A stretch of DNA of 24,000 nt from Sphingobium sp. SCG-1 (lineage in GTDB: Bacteria; Pseudomonadota; Alphaproteobacteria; Sphingomonadales; Sphingomonadaceae): NCBI RefSeq assembly GCF_002953135.1, contig NZ_CP026373.1, forward strand, positions 155,795-179,794, written 5' to 3'. The position numbers and the translations under genes are program-made. Below are positions 23,082 through 24,000 of the stretch, piece by piece; positions within the stretch are counted from its first letter, which is position 1, and each line of letters begins with the position of its first letter. The notes beneath the pieces were generated by a model. The model saw nothing but the letters and a program-made list of their open reading frames with translations, was not told where the DNA came from and ran no database searches.

Positions 23082-24000
23082 ATGGGCAGAATCGGGGCAC
23101 GAGAAGAAGCGGAGCGGCGTTCTGCGGGGCAAGGGACAGTCGAAGTCCTGGGCATGGAGGCTGATGGGGCGTCCGCATTGGACGAAACAGACGAGAAATC
23201 GTTTGACTCGGCCTATTGTCGAAAGCGTGTGACGGCCGAGGACGCTATTGATCTCATCCCGAACGGCGCCCGGATTGCGTTGGGCATCGGCGTCTCACAG
23301 CCCCCATCCCTGCTGCATGCGATGACGCGCAAAGCGCGATCGGGAACGCTGAAGGGAATCAAGCTCTATTATCTGCTGTCTTCGGCCGTCGCCGGAGAGA
23401 CCGTTTGCGCGGCCGACTTGGGAGACAGCATCGAGCCGATCAGCCTGTTTCATTCCGGTGTCGAGCGCTCATTGGACAAAAGCGCGGTTGCCCAAGGGCG
23501 TAGCCTGTGCGCGATCATGCCTGCGGCGTTTAGTCAGGTGCCAAAGCTGTTGTGCGAGGAAGTTGCCGTTGACACCCTGATTGCGACGGTCTCGCCCATG
23601 GATTCGTCAGGAAATTTTAGTTTCGGAACAAATACGGACTATGCGCAACCGGTATCGACAATCGCGAAGCGCGTGATTCTCGAGGTCAACCCTCGAATGC
23701 CACGCGTCTCAGGCGATTGCACAGTCAATATCATGGACGTTACTGCCATCGTGGAGCACGATAGCCCGTTGCTCGAATACCCACGCGCCGCGCCCAGTCC
23801 CGAAGACAATCTTATTGGTTCGATCATTGCAGGAATGGTGAAAGATGGCGACTGCCTGCAAATGGGCATCGGCGCACTTCCTGACGCGGTATGCCGCGCG
23901 CTTCTCCACCATCAACATTTAGGTATTCACACTGAGCTTCTCACGCCTGGGTTAGCGAATCTCATGCGGATGGGCGTCGTTGACAACAGCCGCAAACAAA
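23082..24000 (+). CDS. acetyl-CoA hydrolase/transferase family protein (4-hydroxybutyrate CoA-transferase-like), 3' partial at window edge
   Basis: The frame is open from 23076 to the window end, so it is absent from the ORF track. Hand translation gives ..RVTAEDAIDLIPNGARIALGIGVSQPPSLLHAM..DTLIATVSPMDSSGNFSFGTNTDYAQP..VILEVNPRMPRV..DCLQMGIGALPDAVCRAL..LGIHTELLTPGL... The first ATG is 23082, and ATG 23154 is an alternative. Confidence 0.85.
   Translation, partial: MGRIGAREEAERRSAGQGTVEVLGMEADGASALDETDEKSFDSAYCRKRVTAEDAIDLIPNGARIALGIGVSQPPSLLHAMTRKARSGTLKGIKLYYLLSSAVAGETVCAADLGDSIEPISLFHSGVERSLDKSAVAQGRSLCAIMPAAFSQVPKLLCEEVAVDTLIATVSPMDSSGNFSFGTNTDYAQPVSTIAKRVILEVNPRMPRVSGDCTVNIMDVTAIVEHDSPLLEYPRAAPSPEDNLIGSIIAGMVKDGDCLQMGIGALPDAVCRALLHHQHLGIHTELLTPGLANLMRMGVVDNSRKQ

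Noticed and set aside
1-24000. A scan for CRISPR arrays, tRNA/rRNA genes, long tandem repeats, retron-like or diversity-generating-retroelement-like structures, and known defence-system signatures.
   Set aside because: I found no regularly spaced repeats, cloverleaf candidates, reverse transcriptase motifs or nuclease/helicase/ATPase defence-type ORFs by eye. This was a visual scan only, so small RNAs could have been missed.

Overview
The left third of the window (1 to ~6.0 kb) is ordinary high-GC, alphaproteobacterium-like chromosome: NADP-malic enzyme maeB, a PhnA/YjdM-like protein and an MHYT-PAS hybrid histidine kinase. From ~6.0 to 10.0 kb there is a decay and mobility zone. It holds a twice-frameshifted gene of unknown family, a 5'-truncated IS21-family istB remnant that keeps its terminal repeats, a truncated XRE-type antitoxin, an intact dinJ-yafQ toxin-antitoxin pair, and a Cre-like tyrosine recombinase with a perfect 10-6-10 palindrome just upstream of it. 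From ~10.0 kb to the window end, G+C is visibly lower. My own counts of single 60-nt lines give 29/60 at 14401-14460 and 30/60 at 22021-22080, against 47/60 at 9601-9660 and 39/60 at 1201-1260. This island is the most interesting content. It carries a complete copper membrane monooxygenase operon (PmoC/A/B- or AmoC/A/B-type, order C-A-B) with all known copper ligands intact. A copper-handling module follows: a secreted, membrane-anchored ORF in the PmoD/AmoD position, CopC, a CopD-cytochrome c-thioredoxin-like fusion, and a Met/His-rich lipoprotein. Upstream sit three 'quinoprotein relay system' genes (SoxYZ-like carrier, MBL-fold zinc hydrolase, CXXCW/rhodanese-like protein) with no PQQ dehydrogenase in the window. 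Downstream are a long acyl-CoA dehydrogenase and a CoA-transferase (3' partial). A ~30-nt box is shared between the monooxygenase leader region and the CoA-transferase upstream region. All family calls come from motifs I recognise in the translations. No database search was possible, so family names are recollection-based and substrate or function claims are inference.
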